Below are positions 12,075 through 24,139 of a stretch of DNA of 64,000 nt, piece by piece. The translations under genes and the position numbers were made by a program. The stretch is taken from the NCBI GenBank assembly GCA_951406725.2, contig OX597816.1, positions 91,388,001-91,452,000 of the forward strand, given 5' to 3'. The number at the start of each line of letters is the position of its first letter. Within the stretch, counting starts at the first letter, position 1. Source of the DNA: Octopus vulgaris. Lineage: Eukaryota. The notes beneath the pieces are model-generated. The model had not been told where the DNA came from and did not search any database. It saw nothing but the letters and a program-made list of their open reading frames with translations.

Positions 12075-12380
12075 CTGAGATTAGTGATTAAGGTATTCAG
12101 CTTGTGATTGTAAGGTCATAAGTTCGATTCCTGGTAGCATGTTGTGTCCTTGAGCAAGACACTTTATTTCTCATTGCTTCAGTTCACTCAGCTGACAAAA
12201 ATGAGTTGTACCTCTAATTCAAAGGGCCGGCCTTGTCACACTCTATCGTGCTGAATCTCCCTTTGAACTATGTTAAAGGTACACATGTCTGTAGAATGCG
12301 TAGCCACTTGCATGTTAATTTCCTAAGCAGGCTTTTCATTTGACTGGATCAAGCAGAACACACATTGTTATAATTGAAAG
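12075..12380 (+). mobile_element. tRNA-derived SINE (family B-related head)
   Basis: tagtgattaagg A-box, agttcgattcc B-box, gtgtccttgagcaagacacttt core. Confidence 0.65.
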
Positions 12381-12604
12381 AATGAGGAATGTAGGGTTTT
12401 TCTACAGGTGACTTAGACATTGCTTCTTATGTGAAACCCACATCAACCAAAATATTTGTCTTGTTATATCCATTATTATGGAATTTGAGTTTTCAATACT
12501 TATCAACTTATAACACACACACACACAAGGTTTGCTTTTCATCCTTTCTACTTTAACACCTCCTTGATTTAATTAATAAAACTTTGACTACATTTCTATT
12601 TTAG

Positions 12605-12628
12605 CCTGAACATTCCAGCAGTCCGACA
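12605..12628 (+). CDS. Candidate 24-nt microexon (PEHSSSPT) of the WDR97-like gene
   Basis: tttctattttag acceptor and GTAAGT donor. Frame-preserving, phase 0-0, between two phase-0 exon boundaries. Confidence 0.5.
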
Positions 12629-12652
12629 GTAAGTATCAGCTATGTTTTTCTT

Positions 12653-13030
12653 ATTACCTCCGCCTTAGCGAAGGCAGAGGTATTGTTTTTAGTTGTGCTT
12701 GTTTGTTTGTTTTTGTTTTGCCCATGGACAAAATATCTTAAGAACCGCCAGATGTATTCAGATGAAACTTTCAGTGATGTTTGGCCTCATGACTGGAATG
12801 AACTGATAAGATTTTGGGATCGATCCAGTAGCAGACAAGGACTCTGGATTATTTTTCTTGTTTCTCTACTTAATTTTTGAGAGCAGGTGGATTCATTTTT
12901 AGTATTCACATTTGTGAGAGCAGTCGAGTTTATTTCAGATATTCTCATTTTAAAAATCATCTCTGGCTAATTGTTGAGAGGATGTTGTTCTTTCCTTGGT
13001 GGAGGTTTGCGCTCTCTGATTGCTCTTGTT
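12653..13030 (+). mobile_element. Non-autonomous Helentron (HINE/DINE-1-like) element
   Basis: 5' hairpin acctccgcc..ggcagaggt, (GTTT)n, 3' sub-TIR cttggtggaggt plus small stem-loop, T-rich ends. Copies at 50035-50245 and 50885-51085. Confidence 0.7.
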
Positions 13031-13706
13031 TCTTTCAATATAATTTTTCACTTGTTTTATCAATTGACCATTAATAAAAATTCTACTTAATGATATGAAA
13101 GCTGAAGGTAATATAAGCAGTTACTATGAATATCAGTATCATCTTTGTTTTAATGTCTACTTTTCCATACTTGCAGAGGTTTGGCATTTTGGTTTCTTGG
13201 TTCATGCTCTTTCTTGATGGAGCTGAGGTCACTTCAAGTTAGTGCTCCCAGAGATGTCATCATATGTAGAGCCAAGTCCACCAGTGCTCTCTATCACTGA
13301 CAGTCCCATACCAGCCCATCTGCATCATCCAAGGTGATATCAAGCCTCAGGAGATCTTCCCCAATCATGTTCAGCCATCTGTTGCAGGGCCTGCCATGTA
13401 GCTTATTCTAGCCTGCAGCTTAAAATTAGCTTAGACAGAATTTCTGTGACTAGATGTTTTTTCTATTGTTGACCCCTACCTACTTCTAATCAAAGTAATA
13501 TTTTCCCAAGTCCTTTGAACATCAAACAGTGCCATGGCCAGATATGTTCTTCACAGAAAATTGCATACGGCTTGTGTAATGAGGAAGTTTGTTTACAATT
13601 AGTGTGCATGTGTATGTATGTATGTATTTACCTATGTATGTATGTATGTATGTATGTATGTATATATGTATGATGTATGTACGTATTTACCTATGTAGGT
13701 ATGTAC

Positions 13707-15287
13707 GTCAAAGTTTCCTCTCAGGGCGCTTACACTTTGTCGTGTATGCACACTAACATAACACATCCAGCAGAGAATACTAGCTTCATTTCTTTCAAGC
13801 CTTTCTTTCATGTCCTCAGAAGTCACTACCCATCTTTCACTGCCATGTAGTATGGCTGTTCATAGACATGCATCATACAGTCTACCTTTCACTTTGAATG
13901 AGAAGCCCTTTGTTACCAGCAGAGGTAGGAGCTCTCTGAACTTTGCCCAGGCTATTCTTATTCAAGCAGCTACACTCTCAGAACATCCACCCCAGCTATT
14001 GACTTGGTCACCTAGGTAATGGAAGCTATCAACTGCTTCTAGTTTTTCCCACTGGCATGTGCCGGAAGCTGTTTTCTGCACATTTTCCATGTTTATTGCC
14101 CCTGTGCATCTGCCACACACAAAAACTATCTTCCCTTTGATATTGCTGCACCTCCTATGTGTCCTTAGCTTACACTGGGTACATCTTATGGAGTTTCTAC
14201 CTACCCCTTTTCTACAGATTTTGCAGGGCCATCTACCTGAAGGGATTTGTGATTTGTCTGCCTTCCTTACTTACTAAGACTTTGTTTTTTGCTAGATTGA
14301 CACTAAGTATCTTTGATTCTAGACCTTGCTTCTGCACCTAAAACGTCTTCTGTAGTCCTGGTAGTGACTCAGCTATTAAAGCAAAGCCATCAGTATAGAG
14401 GAGCTTCCAGTGGCAACCTGTCTTGAATTCCTCTGTTATTGCCTGGAGGACTATGATGAACAAGAGGGGGCTGAAGATGACTGATCCTTGGTGGACCCCT
14501 ACTTCTACCCGGAATTCGTCACTATACTCATTGCCAACCCTCACCTTGCTGACAGCATCCCTCTACATGGCTTGTACAGTTCTCAGTAACCACTCATATG
14601 TCACTAGTTTCTGGATTGACCACCAGATCAGAGATCAGGGGAATCTATCAAAAGCCTTCTCCATGTCAATGAAAGCCAAGTACAGAGGTTTATCTTTGAC
14701 TAGAAATTTCCCCTGCAGCTGCCTTGCCAGAAATATAGTATCATTGGTGCTTCTCCCTGGCACAAACTCAAACTGCATCTCGTCTAAACTAACTCTCTCC
14801 CTAATTAGTTGGGCTATGACCTCCATGACTTTCATCGCCTGATCCAACAATTTGATACCTCTGTAATTATTCGTATTTAATGCATTACCTTTACCTTTGT
14901 AGCAGTTGACTATGATGTTGATACACCAGTCATTGGGTATGACTCCTTCATGTATCACCTGATTGACTATACGGGTGACTAGACTGTAGCCAACACCACC
15001 AGATATTTTAAGTATTTCTGCAGTGATACCTGATGTGCCGAGTTTTTCCCTGTCTTCATAACCTTAATTGCTTTATCTACCAAGGTACTGTCAATTTGGA
15101 TAGCTAGTGACTCTGTTGGGTCGACATTTGGCAGACTCTCTTTCTCCCATTCATTCTCTTCATTTGGAAACATTTCATAGTGGCGTTTCCAAGTCTCTCT
15201 CTTTCCATCCTCATTAAATGCATGTGAGCCATCATCCATGTGGACACATTCTCTCTCCTATGACATCATGATTCTCTCACACTTTAC
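13707..15287 (-). mobile_element. RTE-clade LINE, RT region (degenerate)
   Basis: ORFs contain IPNDWC..YKGKG..NYRGIKLL, QFEFVPGRSTNDTIF, AFIDMEKAFDR, VGVHQGSV. Confidence 0.9.
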
Positions 15288-15764
15288 TTGCCACTGGCAC
15301 AGGAGCCAGTCAGGGGTACTGGCATCGGTAACAATCGGTTGGTGCTTTTTACATGTCACTGGCACGGGAGCCAGTCAGGCGGACCTGGCATCGACCACAT
15401 TCGGATAGTGCTTTTTACCCCTCATTGAGTAAGTATTACATCAGAGTATCTGCTAGCTAAGAAACATATGTGGGTTCATATCTCATCAATGGCCTTTGAC
15501 TTTTACCATCTAAAAAGGGCTTTTCACCCTAATATTTGCATGCTATTATTTATAGCTTTATATGCTTTAAGATCCACTGTTCCACACCAAATAATGTCTT
15601 GATTTATTGAAATTGTCTTGGTTCCAGAGAAGATAGAACAATTATACAATGGTAATGGGATCATCTTTCAAATGAGAAAGAATATAACCACAAAACTCAT
15701 GAATTATCAAAAAATTGATATGCCATTAAGAAAAGACATTTTGATTGCCTGGAGACAAGTGACA

Positions 15765-15809
15765 GCTGCAAACACTTGTTTCTGCTTCAATAGGCATCAT
15801 CAGCACAGC
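15765..15809 (-). ncRNA. Minimal type I hammerhead ribozyme (near-intact core)
   Basis: Minus strand reads gctgtg-CTGATGA-tgc-ctattgaa-gca-GAAAC-aagt-GTT-tgcagc. Stem I is extended by a perfect 11-bp helix (15749-15759 with 15821-15831). Confidence 0.7.
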
Positions 15810-15984
15810 AGTTGCTTTACCTTGTCTCCAGCAGAATGAGGTACTTGGTTATATACTTAGTTATAACCCTCGCCATATCACGGTTCACCTATTGCAGTTC
15901 ACCTATTGCGGTTTATTATTTGAGCCTACGTTTATTCCTCCATGGTGTTGTTTTGCATTTATAATAAAATAAATATATACAAAT

Positions 15985-16320
15985 TATGGCTGTGTGGTAA
16001 GTAGCTTGCTTACCAACCACATGGTTCCAGGTTCAGTTCCATTGCATGGCACCTTGGACAAGTGTCTTCTCCTATAGCCTCAGGCCGACCAAAGCCTTGA
16101 GGATTTGGTAGACGAAAACTGAAAGAAGCCTGTCATATATATGTATATGTGTGTGTGTGTGTGTGTGTGTGAGTTTGTGTGTCTGTGTTTGTCCCCCCAA
16201 CATCGCTTAACAATCGATGCTGGAGTGTTTATGTGTGATAGAATAAGTACTAGGCTTACAAAGAATAAAGGTGGTACTCCAGCATGGCCACAGTCAGATA
16301 TCTGAAACAAGTAAAAGAGA
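15985..16320 (+). mobile_element. tRNA-derived SINE, family B
   Basis: ggctgtgtggtaagtagcttgc...ggttcagttcc head, (TG)n, 3' ctgaaacaagtaaaaga. Confidence 0.85.
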
Positions 16321-16609
16321 GTACAGTACTGTTTCTACTTCACTGATTTTCACCAATTGCACCTGGGATAGTCAAGGGATTATTGTATACAAAAGAGTAG
16401 GACACATTTATGGCTTAAGTCATTTGCATCTATTTATACACATACACACACATATATACACATGTGGATACATATATGTATGCTATGCATAGAATTATTT
16501 ATTACATTCTTACTACATGAAGGCCAAAATGTTCCTTGTTGATACAGTGACCCTTTAATCTTTAGAAGACATTATCATATTTTTATATATACCATAATAT
16601 TCCATAAAC

Positions 16610-17022
16610 AGGCATGGCTGTGTAATAACAAGTTTGCTTCCCAGCCATATGGTACTGGGTTGAAACTCACTGCATAACATCTTAAGCAAGTGTCTTCTAC
16701 TATAGCCTGGGCTGACCAAAGCTTTGTGAGTGGACTTGGTTGACAGAAACTGAAAGAAGTCTGTCACATGTGTTTGTGTGTGTGTGTGTGCATGAGTATG
16801 TATTTGTATTTCCTTGTTTTGACATTGCATGATTGTTGTAAATGACTGTTGTTATACTAGCAGTGTCATTCATTTTTAGTATTTTGTGAAAACATGTCTT
16901 GCTTGGAAACAAGTGAAGATTGGCAATAGAAAGGGAATCTGCTCTTAGAAAAATTTGCCTCAGTAAACTTTGTCCAACCCATGAAAGCATGGAAAAATGG
17001 AGATCGAAATGATGATGATGAT
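16610..17022 (+). mobile_element. tRNA-derived SINE, family B head with (GAT)n RTE-like tail
   Basis: Same head as 15985. Ends acccatgaaagcatggaaaaatgg...(gat)n. Confidence 0.75.
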
Positions 17023-17111
17023 GACCTAATTTTCTAAAATAGAATTTCATTCAGACTAAATGTGTTACATATTCTTACTTTTAATGATGTGTGTTTGATC
17101 TTGTTTTGCAG

Positions 17112-17507
17112 GCTTTATTTTCTTTATTTGAATCTGGTGAACAGAAAATGTTTTCTCTGTCAAAAAAAGTGACACATCTATTAAATGAATATAAAAAAAT
17201 CTCAAAGATTATTATGAGTCATAATGAAACTGTTTCTCGAACTCCAGTAAGTGTCATTTCAACACCTTCAAGAGTACCACAATATAGAGATGATTCCTCT
17301 TATGATATTCCTCCATCAAAAATACCTTCAACTGTATCTACAGCTCAGGCTTCAGAGCTTATGTGCACATTATCAAAATCTATAGTACAAAGGACAACTC
17401 GAAGTGCATCTGCAGAGCCGTCACAAACGTCTACAGTGTTCCAAGAATATGTCAAAAAAATCTTGTCTGCTGATTGGTTCCAGAAACGTTTTGGTGACCT
17501 TACAGAT
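17112..17507 (+). CDS. WDR97-like gene, internal exon (ALFSLFESGEQK...EYVKKILSADWFQKRFGDLTD)
   Basis: tttgcag acceptor and GTAAGT donor. 396 nt open, phase 0-0. Confidence 0.85.
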
Positions 17508-17824
17508 GTAAGTAATTTATAAACTTATATAAAACATGACATGTAAACACAAACACACAGACATCCTCTAGTGTTCTTTAGTTTGCTTAATATACAAATA
17601 GTGTGCTAGTGTGTGTGTGTGTGTGTGTAAAGAGAGAGAGAGAGTGGAAGCAAGGCCTAGTATTGGTGTTTATTCTGTTATAGGGGCTGGTTGATTTTCT
17701 AATTCTATATATGCTTTATTGAGGTCTGTTCCTGAAGTTACTCAAAGTATTTCTTATGAAGTTAGAATATCATTAATTTTAATGACTTGTTTATTATTGG
17801 TATGAAGAATTAATTTGGTTAATT

Positions 17825-18680
17825 TATTGAAATTTAGGAAAGACTGAAGTCCTAGTTTGTAGGAAAGAAGAAAAATCACCAACCTCTTCTGGGAAATGGC
17901 CCTGCTTGTAATGTAGAAAAGGTGTAGTTGAGAATCCCATACAGTGTACCCAGTGCAAGCTATGGATACATAATAGGTGTAGTGGTATCATAGGAAGGTT
18001 AATAGAGAAAGTAGTCTTTGTATGTGACAGACCTGCAGGTACAATAAACACAAAGAATGTACAGGAAATAGACTTCCTCAAATGTCTGGAGCAATCCTTA
18101 GAAGTAGTAGATAGCTTCTGTTACCAAGGTGACCAAGTTAACTGTGGAGGAGGTTGCTCTGAAAATGTAGCTGCTAGAATAAGAATGGGCTGGGCAGAGT
18201 TCAGAGAGCTACTGCCTATGTTGGTAACAAAGGGCCTCTCCCTCAGAGTGAAAGGCAGATTGTATGGTGTCCATGTATGAACAGCTATGCTATATGGCAG
18301 TAGGATATGGGGTGTGACTGTAGAGAAAATGTGAAGGCTTGAAAGAAACAAAGCCAGTATGCTGTGTTGTGTGGGTAATGTCAGTGTGCATATATGAGAG
18401 TATAAATGATATATGATAAAAATTGGGTAAAAAAGGTATCAGATGTAGTGTGCAAGAGAGAAGACTGTGTTGGTATGGTCAAGTGATGTGTATGGATAAG
18501 GGCAGCTGCACAAAGGAGTACCAATCTCTAACTGTGGAGGGAACCTGTGGAACAGGTAAACCCATAAAGATCTGGGACAAAACGGTAAGAAACGATCTCC
18601 AGATGTTGAATCTCACAGCAGAGATGGCAAGTGATTGAGATTTTTGGTGGTTTGCTGTGCTTCTGAAGACACTTCAAGCT
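17825..18680 (+). mobile_element. RTE-clade LINE, C-terminal fragment
   Basis: Motifs KTEVLVC, WPCL.CRKGV.ENPIQCTQCKLWIH, RRLCWYGQVMCM. Confidence 0.85.
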
Positions 18681-18937
18681 AAGTAGAATCATGGCCATCC
18701 ATACATACAACCATAATCTGTCTTGTCAAATCTTCTCAACCCATCATTCCAGGACCCCTCTTCTCACTACCTATGACCACCACCTGCTGCAGGCCCCTCC
18801 ACTATCTCTCACATGCCTATCTGCACATACACTTGCTACAGTCACCTTTCCCCATCTCTAGACATCTCCCCTCACCTCTTATAGAACATCCCCTTCTATC
18901 TTCTCTGTACCATTTATTCTCCCCCATCCACTCTACT

Positions 18938-19336
18938 CTTTTACTTGTTTCAGTCATTTGACTGTGGCCATGCTGGAGCACCGCCTTTAATCGAGCAACT
19001 CGACCCCGGGACTTATTCTTTTGTAAGCCCAGTACTTATTCTATCGGTCTCTTTTGCCGAACTGCTAAGTAACGGGGACATAAACACACCAGCATCGGTT
19101 GTCAAGCAATGCTAAGGAGACAAACACAGACATACAAACACACACACGCATATATATATATATATATATATAGACATATATACAACGGGCTTCTTTCAGT
19201 TTCTGTCTACCAAATCCACTCACAAGGCTTTGGTCGGCTCGAGGCTATAGTAGAAGACACTTGCCCAAGGTGCCACGCAGTGGGACTGAACCTGGAACCA
19301 TGTGGTTGGTAAACAAGCTACTTACCACACAGCCAC
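18938..19336 (-). mobile_element. tRNA-derived SINE, family B (full length, relatively young)
   Basis: Reverse complement of the 15985/56050 consensus. Confidence 0.85.
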
Positions 19337-19350
19337 TGTTTCATCATTTA

Positions 19351-19394
<44 letters not shown>

Positions 19395-19716
19395 CTGACT
19401 GTCTCTCTGTCTATCTTTCTCTGTAATACTATCTCTCCCATCTGAGAGGTCTTCACCTTGCAAGCTACTTCATGACCCTACTGGTTTTGGTGTCACATAA
19501 AAAGCTCCAGTGTTGGTGCTACATAAAAAGCACCCAAGTCACTAAGTAAAGAAGTTGGCATTAGGAAGGACTGGTACTTATTTTATCGACCACGAAAGGA
19601 TGAAAGGCAAAGTTGACCTCAGTGAAATTTGAACTCAGAACGTGAAGACGAATGGAATGCCACTAAACATTTTGCCCAGCATGCAAATGATTCTGCCAGC
19701 TCACTGCCTTATACAT

Positions 19717-19748
<32 letters not shown>

Positions 19749-20197
19749 TTAACATCTGTTTTCCATGCTGGTATAGGTTGGATGGTTTGACCACAGCTGG
19801 CAAGCTGGGGAGCTGCACCAGACTCCAGTCTGATTTGGCATGGTTTCTATAGCTGGATGCCCCTTCCTAACACCAACCACTTTACAGTGTGTGCTGGCTG
19901 CTTTTATGTGGCATTGCATGAGCACTTTTATGTGGTGTCACATTGGGGCTTTTACTTGATGCTATATGGGGACTTTTATGCGGCACTGGCACTTGCAGGT
20001 CAATCCTCACCACCACTGTCACATGCTCAGCAATATTTTAGGTGTCATCACAGTGACATCAAAATCCCTGTGACAAGACAGATTATGTGTGTGAGTGACA
20101 GCATCATCACTCATCCCTGTAATGTCACCATTATATATAATTTGCTATACACTTATGATAATGTTTATTATCTCAGATTCCTTTCTGTCAATTAAAT

Positions 20198-20384
20198 CAG
20201 TGCTCCACAACTGGTATGCTCTGGCACATTGGTGTGCCACAAGATGATGCTAGGTGTACTGCAGTGTAACCTGAATGTAATTTTTTCCCCCTATACTTTT
20301 AGTTATATTTTTAGTTCAGTTGTGCCACCAAAGTTTGAAAAGAACTCAAGTGTACCTCAAGTGAAATAAGATTGTGGTGCACTG
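20198..20384. mobile_element. hAT-type MITE
   Basis: TIRs CAGTGCTCCACAA / TTGTGGTGCACTG with exact 8-bp TSD AATTAAAT. Confidence 0.85.
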
Positions 20385-20399
20385 AATTAAATTACTGCA

Positions 20400-20703
20400 G
20401 CTGATCACAGTCAACACTATTACATCACCATCACTAGTAGTGTAACATTCTAATTGTCACTGTGACATTACCATCATTGTTGTGTGATCATTATCAGCCA
20501 TGTGACATCATCATCATCATTGTGATGTTCCATACATCATTGTGATATCCCAACCATCACCATGTTGATACATTATCATTGTGACAGCATCATCATGTGA
20601 TTATTGCCAGCAATGTGACAGCACCATCATTATCATTATTGTGACACCATGTAAATTATCGTGCATTCACATCATCGCTATGACATTATCATTATTGTAT
20701 GAT
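20400..20703. repeat. Degenerate minisatellite (TGTGACA(TCA)n-type units)
   Basis: Recurrent tgtgac/tgtgat followed by catcat. Resumes at 21143-21200 after an insertion. Confidence 0.6.
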
Positions 20704-21141
20704 ACTTCTTCAAGTATCACTTGAAAAGGAAAGTGAGAGTAGAGAGGCAAGTTTTGTCTAGCGAATGTTTCAAAAGAAGATGGGTGAATGTAGCAAGGAT
20801 GGCATGTATGATTGACGAAGCCACCTTGAGCATAATCCTATGAATCCGGAAAAATTTAAAACAGATAGTTACTTACTTGCAAATAAATGTGTTAACATGT
20901 GACATTATTGACCGAGGTTACTGTGGTCTTTTCCGTAGTCTTTTCTTTCCACAGATAAAGCTTATCTGCTTCCCCCTTTACACTTTACATCATGACATTT
21001 CTGTGATATATGATCCCTATTGATCTTTTATTTTTACATTTTTACGATCCCTTTTGATCGAAAACCTACCCCACTTTTTTTTTCTCCCCAAAATTTGTAA
21101 TTTGTCCAGTCTGTGTGCAGCCCTGCATGGCTAATAAAGAA
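20704..21141 (+). mobile_element. Tx1/L1-clade LINE, 5'-truncated 3' end
   Basis: KYHLKRKVRVERQVLSSECFKRRWVNVAR. The 3' end ggctaataaagaaac is shared with 60940-60955. TSD-like acattatc..attgtatgat on both sides. Confidence 0.7.
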
Positions 21142-21295
21142 ACATTATCATTGTATGATCTCTGTCAATAGTGTGACATTAGTATCATCATTGTGACATA
21201 AGTTTCTTCTGCATTATTTCTTTACGTGTTATATCATGATATAATTTTCTTGAATAAATCCTTGCTTATGTTTATTTTTCTCTTGTTTAATACAG

Positions 21296-21618
21296 ATTCT
21301 GACAAACATGGTACACAGTAATGACTTCATCCTTTCCATAATACCATTGCTAAATAGTAACTCCATGGAAATAAAATTCAATATTCTTAATACAATCATT
21401 GATACTTTCTCTAAATTTGGAGCAGACGACAGAGAAGCAATTGCAGAAGCAATTGTCAATCTCTTGAAAGAAGATCCCTTTGATTTAGATTCAGGTGATG
21501 AAGATCGAAAAAAGCTTATACAGCTTGCAATGTCATCCCTTGAAATTTTTCACGTTGAAAATGATGACATGGTTATGCAACATCTGAAACATTACATTTA
21601 TGGTGATGAAACTATAAG
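21296..21618 (+). CDS. WDR97-like gene, internal exon, helical/HEAT-like region (ILTNMVHSNDF...YIYGDETIR)
   Basis: Long polypyrimidine tract with tacag acceptor and GTATAT donor. 323 nt, phase 0 to 2. Confidence 0.88.
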
Positions 21619-21671
21619 GTATATCCATTATTTTACTTTGTAATTGAACTATTTCTCAGTGTGTTTCTATG

Positions 21672-21707
<36 letters not shown>

Positions 21708-21708
<1 letters not shown>

Positions 21709-22262
21709 TCCTGATGCAATACCAGGCAGTGGCTCTCGTAGCTTCTGATCTTGACTGATTGGAAGTGTTATCATGTACATTGTTTTGTTTTGGTATAAAA
21801 GATGGGCTACAGCAAATATTCTGCTCAATACCAGAGATTTGCTTGTCAGTTGTTTGACCATAACTAGTTGAGCATGTCCCTTAGTGGCTGACAATATGTG
21901 CATCTCTGATCATGAGCAGAAGTAGTGGGGGAGCATCATAGCCATGTGTTGAGAAGGATTCTTTGGAGTTTGAATAATTCACCTCTAGAAACATGGGTGT
22001 TTTGTTCAACATCCTTAAACAACCCTTATTCAGGGACCTTTTGAGCAGGATGGGTTACTCGACCAGAAGAAAATTCTAACTGGGCCCCACCTGCAAGGTC
22101 ATGTGCTGTTTATCTTGGTATGAGATCACCATGTTGTGCACACATGGTTGTGATGCATGTGCTTAGTGTACCCTTATCAGACGAGTAGACATGATGGGTA
22201 TACTGGGCTTCATATATTTTACCCCAGTGTTTACTTTGATGGCATACACTGCTCTCTCACTC
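21708..22262 (+). mobile_element. ~550-bp non-coding retroposon (or long LINE 3'UTR) embedded in (AAT)n
   Basis: (AAT)n on both sides. A 5'-truncated second copy at 47053-47420 has the same 3' end (ctctc.caataataa). Confidence 0.7.
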
Positions 22263-22292
<30 letters not shown>

Positions 22293-22294
<2 letters not shown>

Positions 22295-22482
22295 ACTTGA
22301 TGTATACAGTGCTCAGGTGCACTACAACTAAAAAAAAAGGAAGAAAAAAGAAACAGGGATGGTGGGGCATCAGGTGTACTGTTAGCAAATTTCAGGAAGC
22401 ATGGAAGTTTTGAAGGATGTAGTGTGTTGCCAGCTAACAATTGATGCAAGTAGTTTATTCATGCTTCAGTGATTCTGAATGT
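22293..22482 (-). mobile_element. CR1-like LINE 3' end fragment
   Basis: Homologous to 54697-54870. Confidence 0.65.
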
Positions 22483-23599
22483 TTCTGATCAAGACTTCTT
22501 GCAATTTGCTGTGCTTGCAAAATGCCAGCATGCAAAATGAACACTAAAAATTAGAGAAAAGAAAACGAAGTTGAACTGAGTGGAAATTCAATTCAGAAAT
22601 GAAAGAGGCTATGAGCTTCCCACCTTTTTTTTTTTTTTACATTATCCAATGTACCTTTATATAAAGTAATATAGATACCTTTATAACAATCATATATGTC
22701 ATCATCATCATTTAACATCCGTTTTAATTTGTGTCATTAATATTTCTACTAAAAATAAATTATCTTTAAAATATTATTTATACCCCCAAGGACCACAAGA
22801 AGTAAGTGATAGGTCAAGAGGATTTTGAAATAATGTAGCAATATGGAGTGGCAGCAGGATAAGGTGGTAAGCAAGGCATAGGTGTATATTGCTAGAAGGG
22901 AAACTAAGAGTTGATGATTAGCGAATGTCCTTTATCATGAGGATGTGAAGCTTGAACATTTCTGCATAGCAAGGCAATGTGTACTTATCTAAATTTTAAT
23001 GTAGATATATGTACGAGCCAATATTAAGAAAGTGTTTGTGTGAAGTGTTACTGATGCACTTGCCCTCAGTAACACTGGAAAGAAAAGAATGTGTAAGTGT
23101 GACTGTGAGAGATTGTTAAATGAAGAATAGTGGAAGCCCAGATAAGCTAATATAGAGATTAGTTTCATCATCATCGTCGTCGTCGTTGTCATCATCGTCG
23201 TCATCATCATCGTCGTCATCATCATCATCATCAACATCATTTAACATCTGTTTTCCATGCTTGTATGGGTTCGACAATTTGACAGAAGTTGGTCAGCCAG
23301 AGAGCTGACCAGGCTCCATTTGTCTGTCTTGGCATGTTTTCTATGGCTGGATGCCCTTCCTAATGCCAACCACTTTACAGAGTGTGTTGGGTGCTTTTTA
23401 CATGGCACTGGCATGAGTGCTTTTATATGGCACTAAAAATATGAAGGTGTGGATAGCTGAGATGATGGAAGTATAGACTATTTATGTGTTATGCCAATGA
23501 CTCAGTTAATTAGATAGTGTAGCTCACTTCATAACTGGCATAGAAGAATCATTGTAAATGAATACAAACACAACTGGTATTCACTAGAATGGGAAAATT

Positions 23600-24110
23600 A
23601 CATTATCTTTTAGCTGATGGTCCAGTTTTTGAAAACAGAACAAGTTTTAACATAGCATAAGATAAAATTAATTTGGATAAAATGCAGTTTGGATTGTTAC
23701 CAGAATATGGTGCAATAAATGCTATATTTCTAATGAGACAACAGCAAGCAAAGCTCTTAGTTAAGCACAAACTTTTGCTTTGGATTTGCAAATATCAAAA
23801 TCACTTTTTTGACAGTTGCACACCATGTCTGATAAGCTTTGAGTGAGAAAGCTCAGATGAATGGCTCATAAAGGTGGTAAATACAGGCCATGTAGAAATG
23901 GGTTGCAATGAAAAATTTGTCCCCCAGGCAAACTCCACAAGGGTCTTATCTTCAACCACTTTTTATTTATTATAGTCATTGAGGCAATGATAGAGAGGTT
24001 AATAAAATTTCCTAAGGAAATTTAATTTACTGATGGCCTGCTTTTATTTAAAGAATTTATTGAAGAATTACAGGAAGGAATAATGAGTCTGAGTTTGTGT
24101 TTAACAGTAT
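23600..24110 (+). mobile_element. Highly degenerate RTE RT fragment
   Basis: INLDKMQFGLLPEYGAINAIFLMRQQQ and LHKGLIF/LSSTTF-like remnants. Confidence 0.65.
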
Positions 24111-24139
24111 GAAGAATTCTTGTGAACTGATTTAATCTT

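Noticed and set aside
15628-15651. Possible small exon (EKIEQLYNG) with AG/GT ends
   Set aside because: Phase 1-1 is incompatible with the phase-0 neighbours, and it lies next to a ribozyme-bearing repeat.
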